Virus record (IMG/VR): IMGVR_UViG_3300033121_000719
Location: 32,001-96,000 of that record
Reading direction: 5' to 3' (one strand)
Length of the DNA: 64,000 nucleotides
Source: a virus
Lineage: Duplodnaviria > Caudoviricetes
Shown here in pieces: positions 28,924 to 39,442 of this stretch. Within the stretch, counting starts at the first letter, position 1, and the number at the start of each line of letters is the position of its first letter. Made by a program: the position numbers and the translations under genes. The notes under the pieces are model-generated. The model had not been told where the DNA came from, did no database searches, and saw only the letters and a program-made list of their open reading frames with translations.

Positions 28924-31900
28924 CTATATAAGATTTTTCTTAGAAATTAAAGAATCAACTGTGTCAGTAACAACTGAATATTTTGCTATCCACCATGTTT
29001 TATCTGTTTCTGATCTAACAAATTTTCCATTGACCATACTTACTGATGGTTCTTGAACAAAATTATCAACATATATAATATCTCCACCAAAAATTGGAGT
29101 ACCATCATAAATTGGTTTTCTTATTTTTAGAGAATCTTTTTTTCCATTTGCTAAACAATAACATTCAATTCTTGGTGAGTATCTAGTGTCTACTTTATCA
29201 ACATAAATATACCTTTTATTCAATTCAGGATATGTTGAATAGATTCCACCAAGAATAATGGTTTCACAAACAATTTGTTCAGCAATACTTATTTTTTCAT
29301 TTGGCAGACTTTCAAACATTTCTCTGAGTTCACTCAATCTTTTTTCCTTTGTTTTAGCAACAAGTGTTTTAGTATATTTACTTTTTCCTTCAGTAAATTC
29401 TTTAAAGATTGTGAAGAGTTTTTTATTATTACCAAATCGCTGAAAATAATTTATTTTAATTAAGTCCTCAAACTTTGAAGACATACTACCATTCTCTTCA
29501 GCATAAACCAAGAAATCCAAAAAATTATCAAACTTCATTGTTGACAGTAGATATAGTTTTTGACTTAGTGCTTCGCTAAAACCTTTTATGCTTGTTAGAC
29601 TTGATGTTATTTGGTTTGTTTCTTTGATTCCAGTAATTGTCCTGTTATCTTGACCAAACATAGGTTGAGGAAATGTTATTTGATAAGCTGATTGTGCCTC
29701 AAGTCTTGTTTCTGCCATCCTATCTTTGTCGCCTTTTTCCTCAAGAACTCTTAGAATTGTTTCATAAAATTCAATTGGATAATGAGCTTTAAGATAAGCA
29801 CCAATCAAAGAATCACCAGCATAGGAGTAAGAATGTGAATTGCTTGTTACTAAACCATTTTTAGATACAAAAGTATGTGCTGGATCAGCCATTTCAATAT
29901 CATACACCATTTCTTCGCAAACGTAATCAATAGCCACTATTTTTGATAGAATTGTTTCAATTCCTTTTTCAAAAATTTTTGTTCTATTATTTTTATAATG
30001 TATTTTCTTATGACAAGAGACACATAACCACTGATAATTTGAATACTCATTATGTGTTTCGTCTAAATCAATATGATGGACTTCAAATCTACAAGAATCA
30101 TATAGTTTATTGCACAAAGAACAGCTTGACTTATTTTCAATATTTTCTCGTCTAAAATTATTATATATAACAGTTGATCCATCTGGTATTTTTTGAAAAC
30201 CCATTTGACCTTTTTTAGGAATATTTGATTTAAAAATACCATTCGTGAAACGGTATTTTGCATTTGATTTTATGTAAACACCTTTTGTATATAATTGATC
30301 CCCAACATTCAGTTCTTCTAATTTTTTTATTCCACTTGGCGTTGGAAATTTATGATTCATTGTACATACAATTGATTGTCCAGATTCCACTAAAACTTTA
30401 TATGTTTTTCTAATCCCTGATTGATAAATATTTACAATTTTGTTTTTTCTAATTTTTCCATCATCGTACATGGATAGTGCATTGCCATATCCACATCTCT
30501 TGTATTTTTTATGTAGATCAAGATGGTTGGTTTTAATTGCATAATCTTTATCATTCATTATAAAAAACATTTCTTCAATAGTTGGATCAAATCTACCTAT
30601 ACTTCCAGCTTTTTGAATTTTAGTTGAACCAGACACGCAGGCATTGAATGAGTAGCGTGAACTGTCTTCAATAATTTGCCAAGTGTTGTGTGAGATAGAT
30701 TCAGCATTTTCTTTGTCTATTTTTTCTTCTTCAATCAGTCTCTTTGTCATTCCTTCAAGAAAAATTTCTTTATATTTTATAACCTTTTCAGGTCTTTTCT
30801 TTGCAATATTTTTAACAACCTCATAGGTTACTGAAATTGGAATACCAGCATAAGCTAATACTTGCATAGCATTTTCTTGGTATAACATATAAGATTGTGG
30901 AAATTCTTTAGTTTGAATCAATGAATCTAGTGTTTTTACACCATATTCAAATGGTTCTCTGGCCTCAAATTTTTTATAATTTGACTTAAATCCAGGTCTA
31001 ATTGCCGCAATAAAGGCTGATAACTCTGATATATTCCTTGGTGAATATTTTGCAACTCTACCTTTTGTGGATGTTTGTTCAACTTGATTGATGCCCATTG
31101 TCCAAGCATTTTTATATACAACCCAAGTTTTTACATCACCTTTTGTTTTTTCAATAATGTCTGTCAATGGCAGAGGCTCAATCCCAATTCTCTCGTATAC
31201 TTTATAAATCAATTCAACGACTGAAACTTTTAACAAATCATTCTTTAAAAACTTGTAGTTTTCAGCCCAAAGACCATCCATCAAACAACACACATGCTCT
31301 GTATTTCCACTTTTAATTCTTATAAGTCCAATTTCATCTCTAATGTTTTCATTGAAGATTAAATAAGCGCAATTATGAACTGCAAAATTATTCACAGTGT
31401 AGCTATTATCTTCATCTACTTCAAGATTAAACACTTCAACATCATTTTCTTCAATTCTTTTTATGTTATCTACATTATAAAAACAGTATCCATTTTTGTA
31501 AAACTGCTTGCTGTGATAACCTGCGCCAATTTTTAATAAAAATGATGGTCTACAATTTACAGTTCTTCCTTCTATTTTTTCAGTTCTAAAATCTCTTGTT
31601 TGTATAATTGTGCAACATTTATTTTGTACTTTCTGTATTATTTGCTGAAATCCCAAAAGCAACTCTTTGCTTGTGCTGGAAATTCCAATGGCTCCTTTTT
31701 TTGTAGTATGACCATCAGCACTAATATATCCATCTATCAATGATGACAACAAATTTTTTGGCAAATCAAAAACAAATTTTGGGAGTTTTTTCCCATATGA
31801 ATATTTGCCAAAATCTTGTAAAAACTCATAAAAATTCTTGTTGTTTATATATATTTTGTAGGCTGTTTTTTCTTCACTAACTCTAAATTTATATATTTCT

Positions 31901-33936
31901 CCAATTTTTTTCAAAATTTCTCCATCAATTTGATGTTTTCCGCAAGAAATAACTATCCTATAATCTCCACTTCCTTTTAATCCTCTTTTAAATGTCCATC
32001 CGTCTCCTAAGTACCTTCCAACTATCCACCAAAAAGTTTCTTTATCTATTGGGACAGTTTTTATATCTGGAATTATAGACTCGTTATTTATTGGAGATGC
32101 TATTTTATATAGATTTTTATTTTTAAGTATTTCTTTCAATTCAACCCACTTTGGGTCTTCAATAATTTTATTTGCTCCCTTATAATATGTTTTTGTAGCA
32201 TAAAATGGATGATTTTCTGTTGCTCTAATTGTTTGTCCGCCAATTTTTACTTCAAGAACATCGTTTGAATTTTTATTCATAAGTGCTTTTACTTTACGAA
32301 ATCTTCCATTGTGAGTAAAAACTTCGTCATCTGTTGTTATTTCTTCTATTGACTTATATCCGTTTTTTGTAAAAACTTTTGTTCCAGAAACAAAACAAGG
32401 ATGCGGAGTTACACTACCAACAATTCCAAGGTATCTTGAACTCATTTCAAATATTTTGTGATACTTTTCATCTATATAATCAAATACATCTAACGCTTCT
32501 TTTTCTTCACCTTCAAGGTGTTTATAGTCAAGTTCAAATTTATCAATCTGAGATGAAACTTCGTTTGCTGTTTCAAAATCAATCATTCTAGCTCTCGCTA
32601 ACATTTTCCATGCGGCTTTAGGTTTCATTGTACCATAAGCTATCATTTGATAAGAATGATCTTCACCAATGATTTCAGATTGAGCTTCAGCAAACACCTC
32701 TGGATTACCTAAGTTTAAGTCAATATCTGGAAGTGTTTTTGCTTCCAAAATTCTTTCTTTTGTGATAAATCTTTCAGGAAACATTTTTACTGATGCTGAA
32801 ATTCTATCAACTGTCGTCAATCCTAATAGGTTTGTTATATAAAAAGATGGAGCTGAACCTCTTCCAGTAAAAGTAATTTGTCCACCTTTTTCTTTAGCTC
32901 TTTTTACAATTTCATAATCAATCAAAAAATAGTCAGACATATTTGTTTCAACAATTGTGTCAACCTCTTTTTTGATTTCCTCAACATAATGAGGATGTTT
33001 TGAAACATCAATAGTTTCTTTTTTCTTATCCCAAAGAGACCAAACAAGATCAGAAAACGTCTTATTTCTTTCATCTTGTGACTTATCTGGATACAGTGTT
33101 GGTAGTTTTACATTAGTTCTAAACACATCAGACTCATATTCTTCAACGTTTAAGAGCAAATTTGTGTTATAAAATGCCTCTTTTATTTGAGCCTCTGTTA
33201 ATGCCCCTTGTGACACGAATCTTTGATATGCGTCCTCATTTGATGGGTAATCCATATACCATCCATCTTCATCTTCATATGATATATGCTTACTCAATAA
33301 ATAGTCATCTCTATCAGAACTTTGCTCTGGATAAATAAAATGTGAGTCACAACCAAAAATAATTGGAATATCGTGTTTATTTGATAGGTTTATAATTTCT
33401 TTATTTAATTCAAACTGAGCTTGTGTGTTATGATTCTGGACTTCAAAGAAAAAGTTTTTGCCAAATCTCTCTTGAATTTGTAAAAATAAATTTTCGTACT
33501 CATCTTTATATTTCCATAATCCACCAATACAAGCTGACGTAATCCATACATCATCTTTTGGTAATGAAAACAATAAATTGAAATCAATTCTAGGCTTGTA
33601 ATAGAATCCTGTCAAACTAGCTTCTGACAGGATTCTATTTAATGATTTTCTACCATTTTCATTTTTTGCCATTAACACAATGTGTGCGTTTGTAGCATCT
33701 TTTTCCAATCTATCTTTTACAATATATGCTTCAGTTGAAAATAGAAATTTAAGATTATAGTTTTTAGCTAACTCAAAATATTCTATATATCTTCCTTGCC
33801 ACCCATGTTCACATGATGATAATAAAGTATGACCAAGTTCAATTGCTCTTTTGGCATAATCCTCTGGAGATACTGGTGAATCTGGAACTAAAATATTACT
33901 GTAGTATGAATGTTTATGGAAATTGCTATATGTCAT
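28924..33936 (-). CDS. dnaE: DNA polymerase III alpha subunit (PHP domain) with two inteins
   Basis: HKHSYYS PHP motif, GRGSA, LPDIDL, KNDLL, RPG, LYQE, YSFN/SH, YLKAHYP. Confidence 0.95.
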   Translation of the reverse strand: MTYSNFHKHSYYSNILVPDSPVSPEDYAKRAIELGHTLLSSCEHGWQGRYIEYFELAKNYNLKFLFSTEAYIVKDRLEKDATNAHIVLMAKNENGRKSLNRILSEASLTGFYYKPRIDFNLLFSLPKDDVWITSACIGGLWKYKDEYENLFLQIQERFGKNFFFEVQNHNTQAQFELNKEIINLSNKHDIPIIFGCDSHFIYPEQSSDRDDYLLSKHISYEDEDGWYMDYPSNEDAYQRFVSQGALTEAQIKEAFYNTNLLLNVEEYESDVFRTNVKLPTLYPDKSQDERNKTFSDLVWSLWDKKKETIDVSKHPHYVEEIKKEVDTIVETNMSDYFLIDYEIVKRAKEKGGQITFTGRGSAPSFYITNLLGLTTVDRISASVKMFPERFITKERILEAKTLPDIDLNLGNPEVFAEAQSEIIGEDHSYQMIAYGTMKPKAAWKMLARARMIDFETANEVSSQIDKFELDYKHLEGEEKEALDVFDYIDEKYHKIFEMSSRYLGIVGSVTPHPCFVSGTKVFTKNGYKSIEEITTDDEVFTHNGRFRKVKALMNKNSNDVLEVKIGGQTIRATENHPFYATKTYYKGANKIIEDPKWVELKEILKNKNLYKIASPINNESIIPDIKTVPIDKETFWWIVGRYLGDGWTFKRGLKGSGDYRIVISCGKHQIDGEILKKIGEIYKFRVSEEKTAYKIYINNKNFYEFLQDFGKYSYGKKLPKFVFDLPKNLLSSLIDGYISADGHTTKKGAIGISSTSKELLLGFQQIIQKVQNKCCTIIQTRDFRTEKIEGRTVNCRPSFLLKIGAGYHSKQFYKNGYCFYNVDNIKRIEENDVEVFNLEVDEDNSYTVNNFAVHNCAYLIFNENIRDEIGLIRIKSGNTEHVCCLMDGLWAENYKFLKNDLLKVSVVELIYKVYERIGIEPLPLTDIIEKTKGDVKTWVVYKNAWTMGINQVEQTSTKGRVAKYSPRNISELSAFIAAIRPGFKSNYKKFEAREPFEYGVKTLDSLIQTKEFPQSYMLYQENAMQVLAYAGIPISVTYEVVKNIAKKRPEKVIKYKEIFLEGMTKRLIEEEKIDKENAESISHNTWQIIEDSSRYSFNACVSGSTKIQKAGSIGRFDPTIEEMFFIMNDKDYAIKTNHLDLHKKYKRCGYGNALSMYDDGKIRKNKIVNIYQSGIRKTYKVLVESGQSIVCTMNHKFPTPSGIKKLEELNVGDQLYTKGVYIKSNAKYRFTNGIFKSNIPKKGQMGFQKIPDGSTVIYNNFRRENIENKSSCSLCNKLYDSCRFEVHHIDLDETHNEYSNYQWLCVSCHKKIHYKNNRTKIFEKGIETILSKIVAIDYVCEEMVYDIEMADPAHTFVSKNGLVTSNSHSYSYAGDSLIGAYLKAHYPIEFYETILRVLEEKGDKDRMAETRLEAQSAYQITFPQPMFGQDNRTITGIKETNQITSSLTSIKGFSEALSQKLYLLSTMKFDNFLDFLVYAEENGSMSSKFEDLIKINYFQRFGNNKKLFTIFKEFTEGKSKYTKTLVAKTKEKRLSELREMFESLPNEKISIAEQIVCETIILGGIYSTYPELNKRYIYVDKVDTRYSPRIECYCLANGKKDSLKIRKPIYDGTPIFGGDIIYVDNFVQEPSVSMVNGKFVRSETDKTWWIAKYSVVTDTVDSLISKKNLI
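29839..30639 (-). mobile_element. Intein 2 in DnaE (267 aa) with HNH endonuclease
   Basis: FNA|CVSGST ... CTMNHKF ... CSLC..VHHID..HN..N...LCVSCHKKIH ... VYDIEM..HTF..LVTSN|SH. Confidence 0.92.
31372..32397 (-). mobile_element. Intein 1 in DnaE (342 aa) with LAGLIDADG endonuclease
   Basis: HP|CFVSGT ... ATENHPF ... GRYLGDG, GYISADG ... VFNLEV..DNSY..FAVHN|C. Confidence 0.95.
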
Positions 33937-33962
33937 TTTATGTTATTACCTCCTTTAGATTA

Positions 33963-33990
33963 ATTATACCACAAATTTTAATTAAGTCAA
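33963..33990 (-). promoter_or_regulatory. Sigma70/SigA-type promoter upstream of dnaE
   Basis: TTGACT-N16-TATAAT with extended TG; the 33 bp at 33960-33992 are identical to 54009-54041. Confidence 0.75.
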
Positions 33991-34776
33991 GTTATTTTTG
34001 AATTCGCACTTTTCTTTGACTGAACACAGAAATTTACAGAAGTAGTCATTACTTTTATCTAAGTTAGGAAACCACTCTTCTTCTTTTTTTATTTTCTCAA
34101 CAACTTTATCAACCCAATCAACTATTTGACTTATTTCATATGGATCAACTTTAATTGTAACAAGTCTTTTATTTCTTATAAACCATATATTTATTGTATC
34201 AACCTCAATGTCAAGTTCTTGATATATAAAATATACATATAAAAAGAATTGTTTTTTATATCCTTCAATTACAGCATTATCTGTGTAATCACCTTTTAGC
34301 TTCTTTGTTTTATAGTCGTATAAATGATATTTTCCAGTTTCTTTATCTTTCAATACAAGATCAGGTTTAACTATCATCTCAATGTCTTTATATTTGGCAT
34401 TTACGGCTTCTTCAATATTTATAACTTCATATTTGCATTTATCAAATACAAAATCCTCAAAGAAAGATAATCCATCAAGGTAATATGTATCACACATATT
34501 TTTTGGAAAAGGTGGTGGAGCATGAAAAATATTTGCTATGAAATTTTGTTCATAGTAATCTTTCAAATCCCAAAAATCCAATTCATTCCTAAAGAATTTT
34601 TCAAGAATTGAATGAACAAAAGTCCCATAGTCACTAAAAAAATTACCTTCTCTATCGTTTTTTTCAACATAAGTAAGATACCAAGCAAGTTTACAAGTTT
34701 CAAATGAACTCAATCCACTATACGAATATCTTATATTTTTAATTCTTTCTTCTGCAAGCTCTTTATTTATTTGCAT
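33982..34776 (-). CDS. PD-(D/E)XK nuclease (RecB/Cas4-like exonuclease)
   Basis: YSYS.L..FETC, GTFVHSILE, KPDLV, YDYKT, C-terminal CKFLCSVKEKC. Confidence 0.85.
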   Translation of the reverse strand: MQINKELAEERIKNIRYSYSGLSSFETCKLAWYLTYVEKNDREGNFFSDYGTFVHSILEKFFRNELDFWDLKDYYEQNFIANIFHAPPPFPKNMCDTYYLDGLSFFEDFVFDKCKYEVINIEEAVNAKYKDIEMIVKPDLVLKDKETGKYHLYDYKTKKLKGDYTDNAVIEGYKKQFFLYVYFIYQELDIEVDTINIWFIRNKRLVTIKVDPYEISQIVDWVDKVVEKIKKEEEWFPNLDKSNDYFCKFLCSVKEKCEFKNNLT

Positions 34777-34784
34777 CTATTCTC

Positions 34785-36713
34785 CTAATCTTGAAAATTT
34801 GGTGGAATGTTTTTGTCTTTTGGATCAAATGCTGGAATTGGAGAAGTGTCATTGTTCCATTTATATCTTTTATTTAACTCTTTTGATGTGTTATAAAACC
34901 TCATGCTAGGATAGTCAAAGAACGCTTTTGTTGAACCAACTTTTCCAGTATATCTATTCTTAAAAAATTCTATCTCAACATCTTCATCTATTGGTTCTCT
35001 ACCTTTTCTATATTTTCCATGCTGATCTAATTCACCTTCTTTTTCTGATTGTGAAAATCTGTGAACTCCAACTATGTATTGTGCTAGGTTGCCAAGAGAA
35101 CCGCTACCTGCCACGTCATCTGCCATTAGTTTTCTCATCTCAGACATTTTTCTAGGATGAGCAACTAGAACTATTAAGACATTATATAGGTCTGCAAGTC
35201 TTGTCAACTTTGCCATAAAATCTTTTTGTTTAATCAACTCATTTCCAGTATCAGAAATACCAATATCAAGCGTCATAAGATTATCTAAAATCCATATCTT
35301 CACGCCAAATCTTCTTGTAACTGAAACAGCTCTGTCTAATATTTCATCAGCGTTATTTGTTTTTCCATCAAATTCCCAAATTCTACCTTTATACCATTCT
35401 CTCATTTGTGTCTTTGTTTCAGTAGGAATGACCCTTACAAAATCATTTTTCATTCTGATATTTTCTTTTCCTGCCATAGTGGTTTCAATCCAGTTTTTCA
35501 AAACTGAACCATTTAATTCACCACTAAATATAAAAGTATCATATCCTTGATTGAGAGCTTCGCAAATGAATTCTTGGTTAATATAAGAACTTTTGCCACT
35601 TCCACGACTTCCAGTAAATAAAACAACACTACCAAAAACATATTTATAAATAATGTTATTAATATTAGCTAAAGAACTAACAAGTCCTTGGGCTTTTTCA
35701 ATATCAAATTCTTCAACTTTGCTCAAGTCCGCAACGTCTGGAACTGGAACTTCTTGTGCATTTGAAATTAAGTCAAAAATAGCATTTCTACCAAAGAAAT
35801 AATATACTTCATTAATGTCTTTTGGCTTTACTATTTTCTCGTTTAACTCAACTTTATAATTGTCTGTTATATCAACAAATAAAGTTCTCCAAGTACCAAG
35901 TCTTGAACAAACTTCTTTTCTCATTTTTATACCAGCTTCATCGTTATCAGACCAAACAATTATCTTATTGAATTGTTCAAGAAAGTCCCAATTTTGTTCA
36001 ATCCATCCATAATTATTTGCACCAAAAGGAACTGAAACTGAATTGAGCAATCCACATTCTATTAAAGTAAGTGTGTCAATTTCACCTTCCGTAATTATCA
36101 ATGGTTTTGATGGTTCAACTTTATTCATATTGAATAATAACGGTAGAGTGTCAGCACCTTTTTGTGACCAAGTTTTTGTGTCTTTTTTTGATAGCTTTCT
36201 AGCTGGACGATATTTTACTGTGCATAACGTGTCGTTCAAATCATAAAAATGGAAAACACAGTTTTCTTGATCGTCTGATTGAACATCACAATAGTCTAAT
36301 GTTTCTTTAGAAATACCTCTTGTAACTAGGTATTCTTCAACCTTAGTTCTGTTATTTGAACATTCTCTCTCTGGATAAACATAGTCTCTTTTTGCTTTAA
36401 GACCTTTTTCCCCAAAGTTAAAATTGATTTCTGCTTCTTCAAATAGTTTTTGTAAAGATTCTAAATAAGTCAACTTATAAAATTTCATGTAATGGTCAAT
36501 TATTCCGTAACGAATTCCGCACCCAAAGCACTTATACGCCATATCATCATTTGACCATATGAAACTGCCAGTATCTTCATCGTGAAAAGGACATCTTGAT
36601 TTTATTTTTCTTTCGTCAAAATCTACCAATTCTAAATCTTCAGCTATCATAAAAGCCGCAGAAACACCCTTTATTTGTTTTGCCTCTATTATTAATTGTT
36701 TATCTATAAACAT
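34785..36713 (-). CDS. Primase-helicase (Zn finger + TOPRIM + SF4 helicase; T7 gp4/Twinkle-like)
   Basis: CPFHDEDT..CFGC, ITEGEID, DNDEAG, KDINE, GSRGSGKS, ILDNLM, LVAHPRK, KNR. Confidence 0.9.
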   Translation of the reverse strand: MFIDKQLIIEAKQIKGVSAAFMIAEDLELVDFDERKIKSRCPFHDEDTGSFIWSNDDMAYKCFGCGIRYGIIDHYMKFYKLTYLESLQKLFEEAEINFNFGEKGLKAKRDYVYPERECSNNRTKVEEYLVTRGISKETLDYCDVQSDDQENCVFHFYDLNDTLCTVKYRPARKLSKKDTKTWSQKGADTLPLLFNMNKVEPSKPLIITEGEIDTLTLIECGLLNSVSVPFGANNYGWIEQNWDFLEQFNKIIVWSDNDEAGIKMRKEVCSRLGTWRTLFVDITDNYKVELNEKIVKPKDINEVYYFFGRNAIFDLISNAQEVPVPDVADLSKVEEFDIEKAQGLVSSLANINNIIYKYVFGSVVLFTGSRGSGKSSYINQEFICEALNQGYDTFIFSGELNGSVLKNWIETTMAGKENIRMKNDFVRVIPTETKTQMREWYKGRIWEFDGKTNNADEILDRAVSVTRRFGVKIWILDNLMTLDIGISDTGNELIKQKDFMAKLTRLADLYNVLIVLVAHPRKMSEMRKLMADDVAGSGSLGNLAQYIVGVHRFSQSEKEGELDQHGKYRKGREPIDEDVEIEFFKNRYTGKVGSTKAFFDYPSMRFYNTSKELNKRYKWNNDTSPIPAFDPKDKNIPPNFQD

Positions 36714-36744
36714 TTTACAATTCCTTTCATTATTTATGTAAAAC

Positions 36745-36774
36745 GAGGCGTAGTTAAATATTTAACTACGCCTC
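36745..36774. terminator. Perfect 30-bp palindrome after ssb; likely terminator on the - strand
   Basis: gaggcgtagttaaat|atttaactacgcctc, followed on the - strand by gtttt. Confidence 0.6.
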
Positions 36775-36796
36775 AAGTTGTACAAAAAATGTCTAT

Positions 36797-37171
36797 TTAG
36801 AAAGGAATGTTTCCGTCTTCTTCGTCTTCAACAACAGGAGGGGTATCCATCTTGCTATCTTCAACAGGTGCGTCACCTTTCATTGTAAAATCCCAAATAA
36901 CAACGTTGAGGTAGGTTTTGAAACTACCGTCATTTTGTTTCTTTGAAACATTTGAAATCTTCCCATTCGCAATAATCTGATCTTTTGGCTCCAAATTTGC
37001 GGCTTTATCTTTTGCTTTACCAACAAATGTAGCAAACCATGTAGAGTTAATCCATTCCTTTTCACCATTTCTGTCATCAGATTCACTTGAGCCTAAACGA
37101 ACTCTAATATATTTGTCCTCAACTTTTTCCTTGTGCCAAAAAGTAAAGTAACTGTTTTTGAATAAAATCAT
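36797..37171 (-). CDS. ssb: Single-stranded DNA-binding protein
   Basis: OB-fold-like; acidic tail ending EDEEDGNIPF. Confidence 0.8.
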   Translation of the reverse strand: MILFKNSYFTFWHKEKVEDKYIRVRLGSSESDDRNGEKEWINSTWFATFVGKAKDKAANLEPKDQIIANGKISNVSKKQNDGSFKTYLNVVIWDFTMKGDAPVEDSKMDTPPVVEDEEDGNIPF

Positions 37172-37183
37172 TTTAAAATCTCC

Positions 37184-38152
37184 TTATTGTGTAATAGTAT
37201 TTAATTCGTTTAATAAATCATTTAATACGGAAACGTTGCTAATCTTTTTTGGATTACCAGAGGATTCGTATTTCTTTACAATATTCATAACATCAGCATT
37301 TGAGCTTCCACCCAAAGATTTAGCAATCTCAATCACTTTTTCTTGAAGTAATTTCAATTTTTCATTAGGGTCTTCTTGAGTAGCAAGAATGACCTGTTTT
37401 GCATCAGAGCCAGACTCAAGATATTGCATCAACTGTTTACCAACATTTGGTGTAATAACAAACGTCTTCTGGTCAAAAATACTTGTTCTGTCTTTTGAAC
37501 CATAAGCATTATGTTCATTATCAATTTCAAAAAAGCTGGTAAATTCGTATTCCATACCTTCACGCTGAACTGGATTGAGACCAACTTTACGAATGGTAGT
37601 CTTTCCAGTTGAGGGGTCTTTTTCCTGAATATATTCCTGTTTTGAACGCATAGTTGCAATAATATGAATATCAGTCTGCAACATGGTATCAATAAATCTG
37701 TTTAATTGAGGTGTAACATCTCGCCAAGCAGTATAACCGTTTCCAGTTCTCTTTGCGGCATTTCCTTGCTGTTCCAACAAACCACCTTGTCCTGCCCAAA
37801 GATGCGTGGTGCTGTCAATAATAGCAACTTCTTTTCCAGCTTCATAAGCTAACAAAATAGCGTCAGTATATTTGTTTGCTTCAAAAGGTGGTTGAAGTGT
37901 GATTGCACAATATTCACCAATTTTTGTTGAACCAATTTCTTTGTCAACGTAAAGTTCACCTGAACCGTTTTCGCTATCAATAATAACGATTTTGTCCCAC
38001 AAATCAACGTCATTCAAAGTAGGATATTTTTCTTTCATCATGCCATAAGCAATCAGTAAAGCACCAGCCGTTTTACCACCACCAGAAGGGGCGGCAATAC
38101 CAAGTTTGAGTTTAGCTTTTTTACGTTGAGCCTTCTTTAATTCTAATGCCAT
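37184..38152 (-). CDS. AAA_24/Sak4-like ATPase (recombination protein)
   Basis: APSGGGKT, IDSENGS, IIDSTTH.W, HIIATMRSK, QREGMEYEF. Confidence 0.85.
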   Translation of the reverse strand: MALELKKAQRKKAKLKLGIAAPSGGGKTAGALLIAYGMMKEKYPTLNDVDLWDKIVIIDSENGSGELYVDKEIGSTKIGEYCAITLQPPFEANKYTDAILLAYEAGKEVAIIDSTTHLWAGQGGLLEQQGNAAKRTGNGYTAWRDVTPQLNRFIDTMLQTDIHIIATMRSKQEYIQEKDPSTGKTTIRKVGLNPVQREGMEYEFTSFFEIDNEHNAYGSKDRTSIFDQKTFVITPNVGKQLMQYLESGSDAKQVILATQEDPNEKLKLLQEKVIEIAKSLGGSSNADVMNIVKKYESSGNPKKISNVSVLNDLLNELNTITQ

Positions 38153-38275
38153 AGGGTTTTAGTTCTCCTTTTTCTAATAATAAAAAATTTTTGAATACGA
38201 TAAAAAACAATTAGGTATAATATTAGAATTTAACTTGAGTTCATTTATTCTCCTTTTATATTTTAATAATAATTA

Positions 38276-38304
38276 ATTATACCACAAAAACTCTTTTTTG
38301 TCAA
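38276..38304 (-). promoter_or_regulatory. Consensus sigma70/SigA promoter upstream of the recombination/replication genes
   Basis: TTGACA-N17-TATAAT with TG. Confidence 0.8.
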
Positions 38305-38479
38305 GGGTTTTTAAGAATCTCGTTTTCCAAAATCGTTATTTCAACTAATTTTGTATATGTATATCTATTTTTATAACAATCACAATATGTCTTGATTGCT
38401 TCATCATATTCTGTTATATGACCAGTTTCGCACCAATAATACTCTTTTTTATCTTTGAAATATATGATGTAGTATTTAT

Positions 38480-39442
38480 TCATTTGAATATTTGACTATA
38501 AATTTCTTGTCCAAGTATATATGCAAAATAAGAAGGAATGCCACTACATCTTTCATGCTGTTTATCAAGAGAAATATTATCTTCAAAATAAAATTCATCA
38601 GGAACGGTCTGTATTCTTAAACATTCTCTAACATTCAATCTTCTTGGCATATTGATTTGAGTTAATCTAACATCATAGTTTGGTGGTTCTGGATGTAGTG
38701 GTAACTGTCTAGCCTCTGAAACAATCGTATAAGATGGTTCATCCCATTGTCTTTGTCTATTTGCAGTTATATATCTTGAAGAAAATCCTCCTGAATAGTG
38801 GTTTATGTTGTTTTTTATATTAATGTTTCCTTGAATATCAAATATAGCATCTCTCAATGTTTTTTTATTTTCAGGTAGATATTCTTGAGGAAATGTGAAA
38901 ATTTTATTAATATCTTTTCTAACCCCAACCATAAACATTCTTTTTCTATTTTGAGGAACTCCATAATTATAACAATCTATAATTTTCCATTCAACATTAT
39001 AGTAACCATCATTAAAAACTGATACTAAATAATCAAAAAATGATTTGTTCTTATTTGAAACTATTCCTGAAACATTTTCAGCTATAAATACTTTTGGTTG
39101 ATTTTCAATAATAATTCTTGAAAAATGATAACCTAAGTCTCCAAGTTTTTTATCATTTGTTCCATTCATTGAACCACCAACGCTAAAAGGTTGACATGGA
39201 AATCCGCCCACGTATATGTCGGCATATGGTAGATCACCAGTTTTTATTTTTTTAGCATCCAATATTCTTGCATGGTTTCCAATATTACGATTATATGTAT
39301 CAACTGCATATTTTTTTATATCAAACGCATCAATTATATTGAATCCTGCTTTTTTAAAACCAATAGCGCCAATACCTGCACCACAAAACATATCAACCAT
39401 AGATATATTATTTTGTTGTAGTTGTATAATGTCATGCAACAT
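38480..39442 (-). CDS. C5 cytosine DNA methyltransferase family (possible carboxymethyltransferase)
   Basis: MFCGAG, GGFPCQPFS, AENV, YGVPQNRKR, RRLNVRECLRIQ; atypical motif X. Confidence 0.9.
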   Translation of the reverse strand: MLHDIIQLQQNNISMVDMFCGAGIGAIGFKKAGFNIIDAFDIKKYAVDTYNRNIGNHARILDAKKIKTGDLPYADIYVGGFPCQPFSVGGSMNGTNDKKLGDLGYHFSRIIIENQPKVFIAENVSGIVSNKNKSFFDYLVSVFNDGYYNVEWKIIDCYNYGVPQNRKRMFMVGVRKDINKIFTFPQEYLPENKKTLRDAIFDIQGNINIKNNINHYSGGFSSRYITANRQRQWDEPSYTIVSEARQLPLHPEPPNYDVRLTQINMPRRLNVRECLRIQTVPDEFYFEDNISLDKQHERCSGIPSYFAYILGQEIYSQIFK

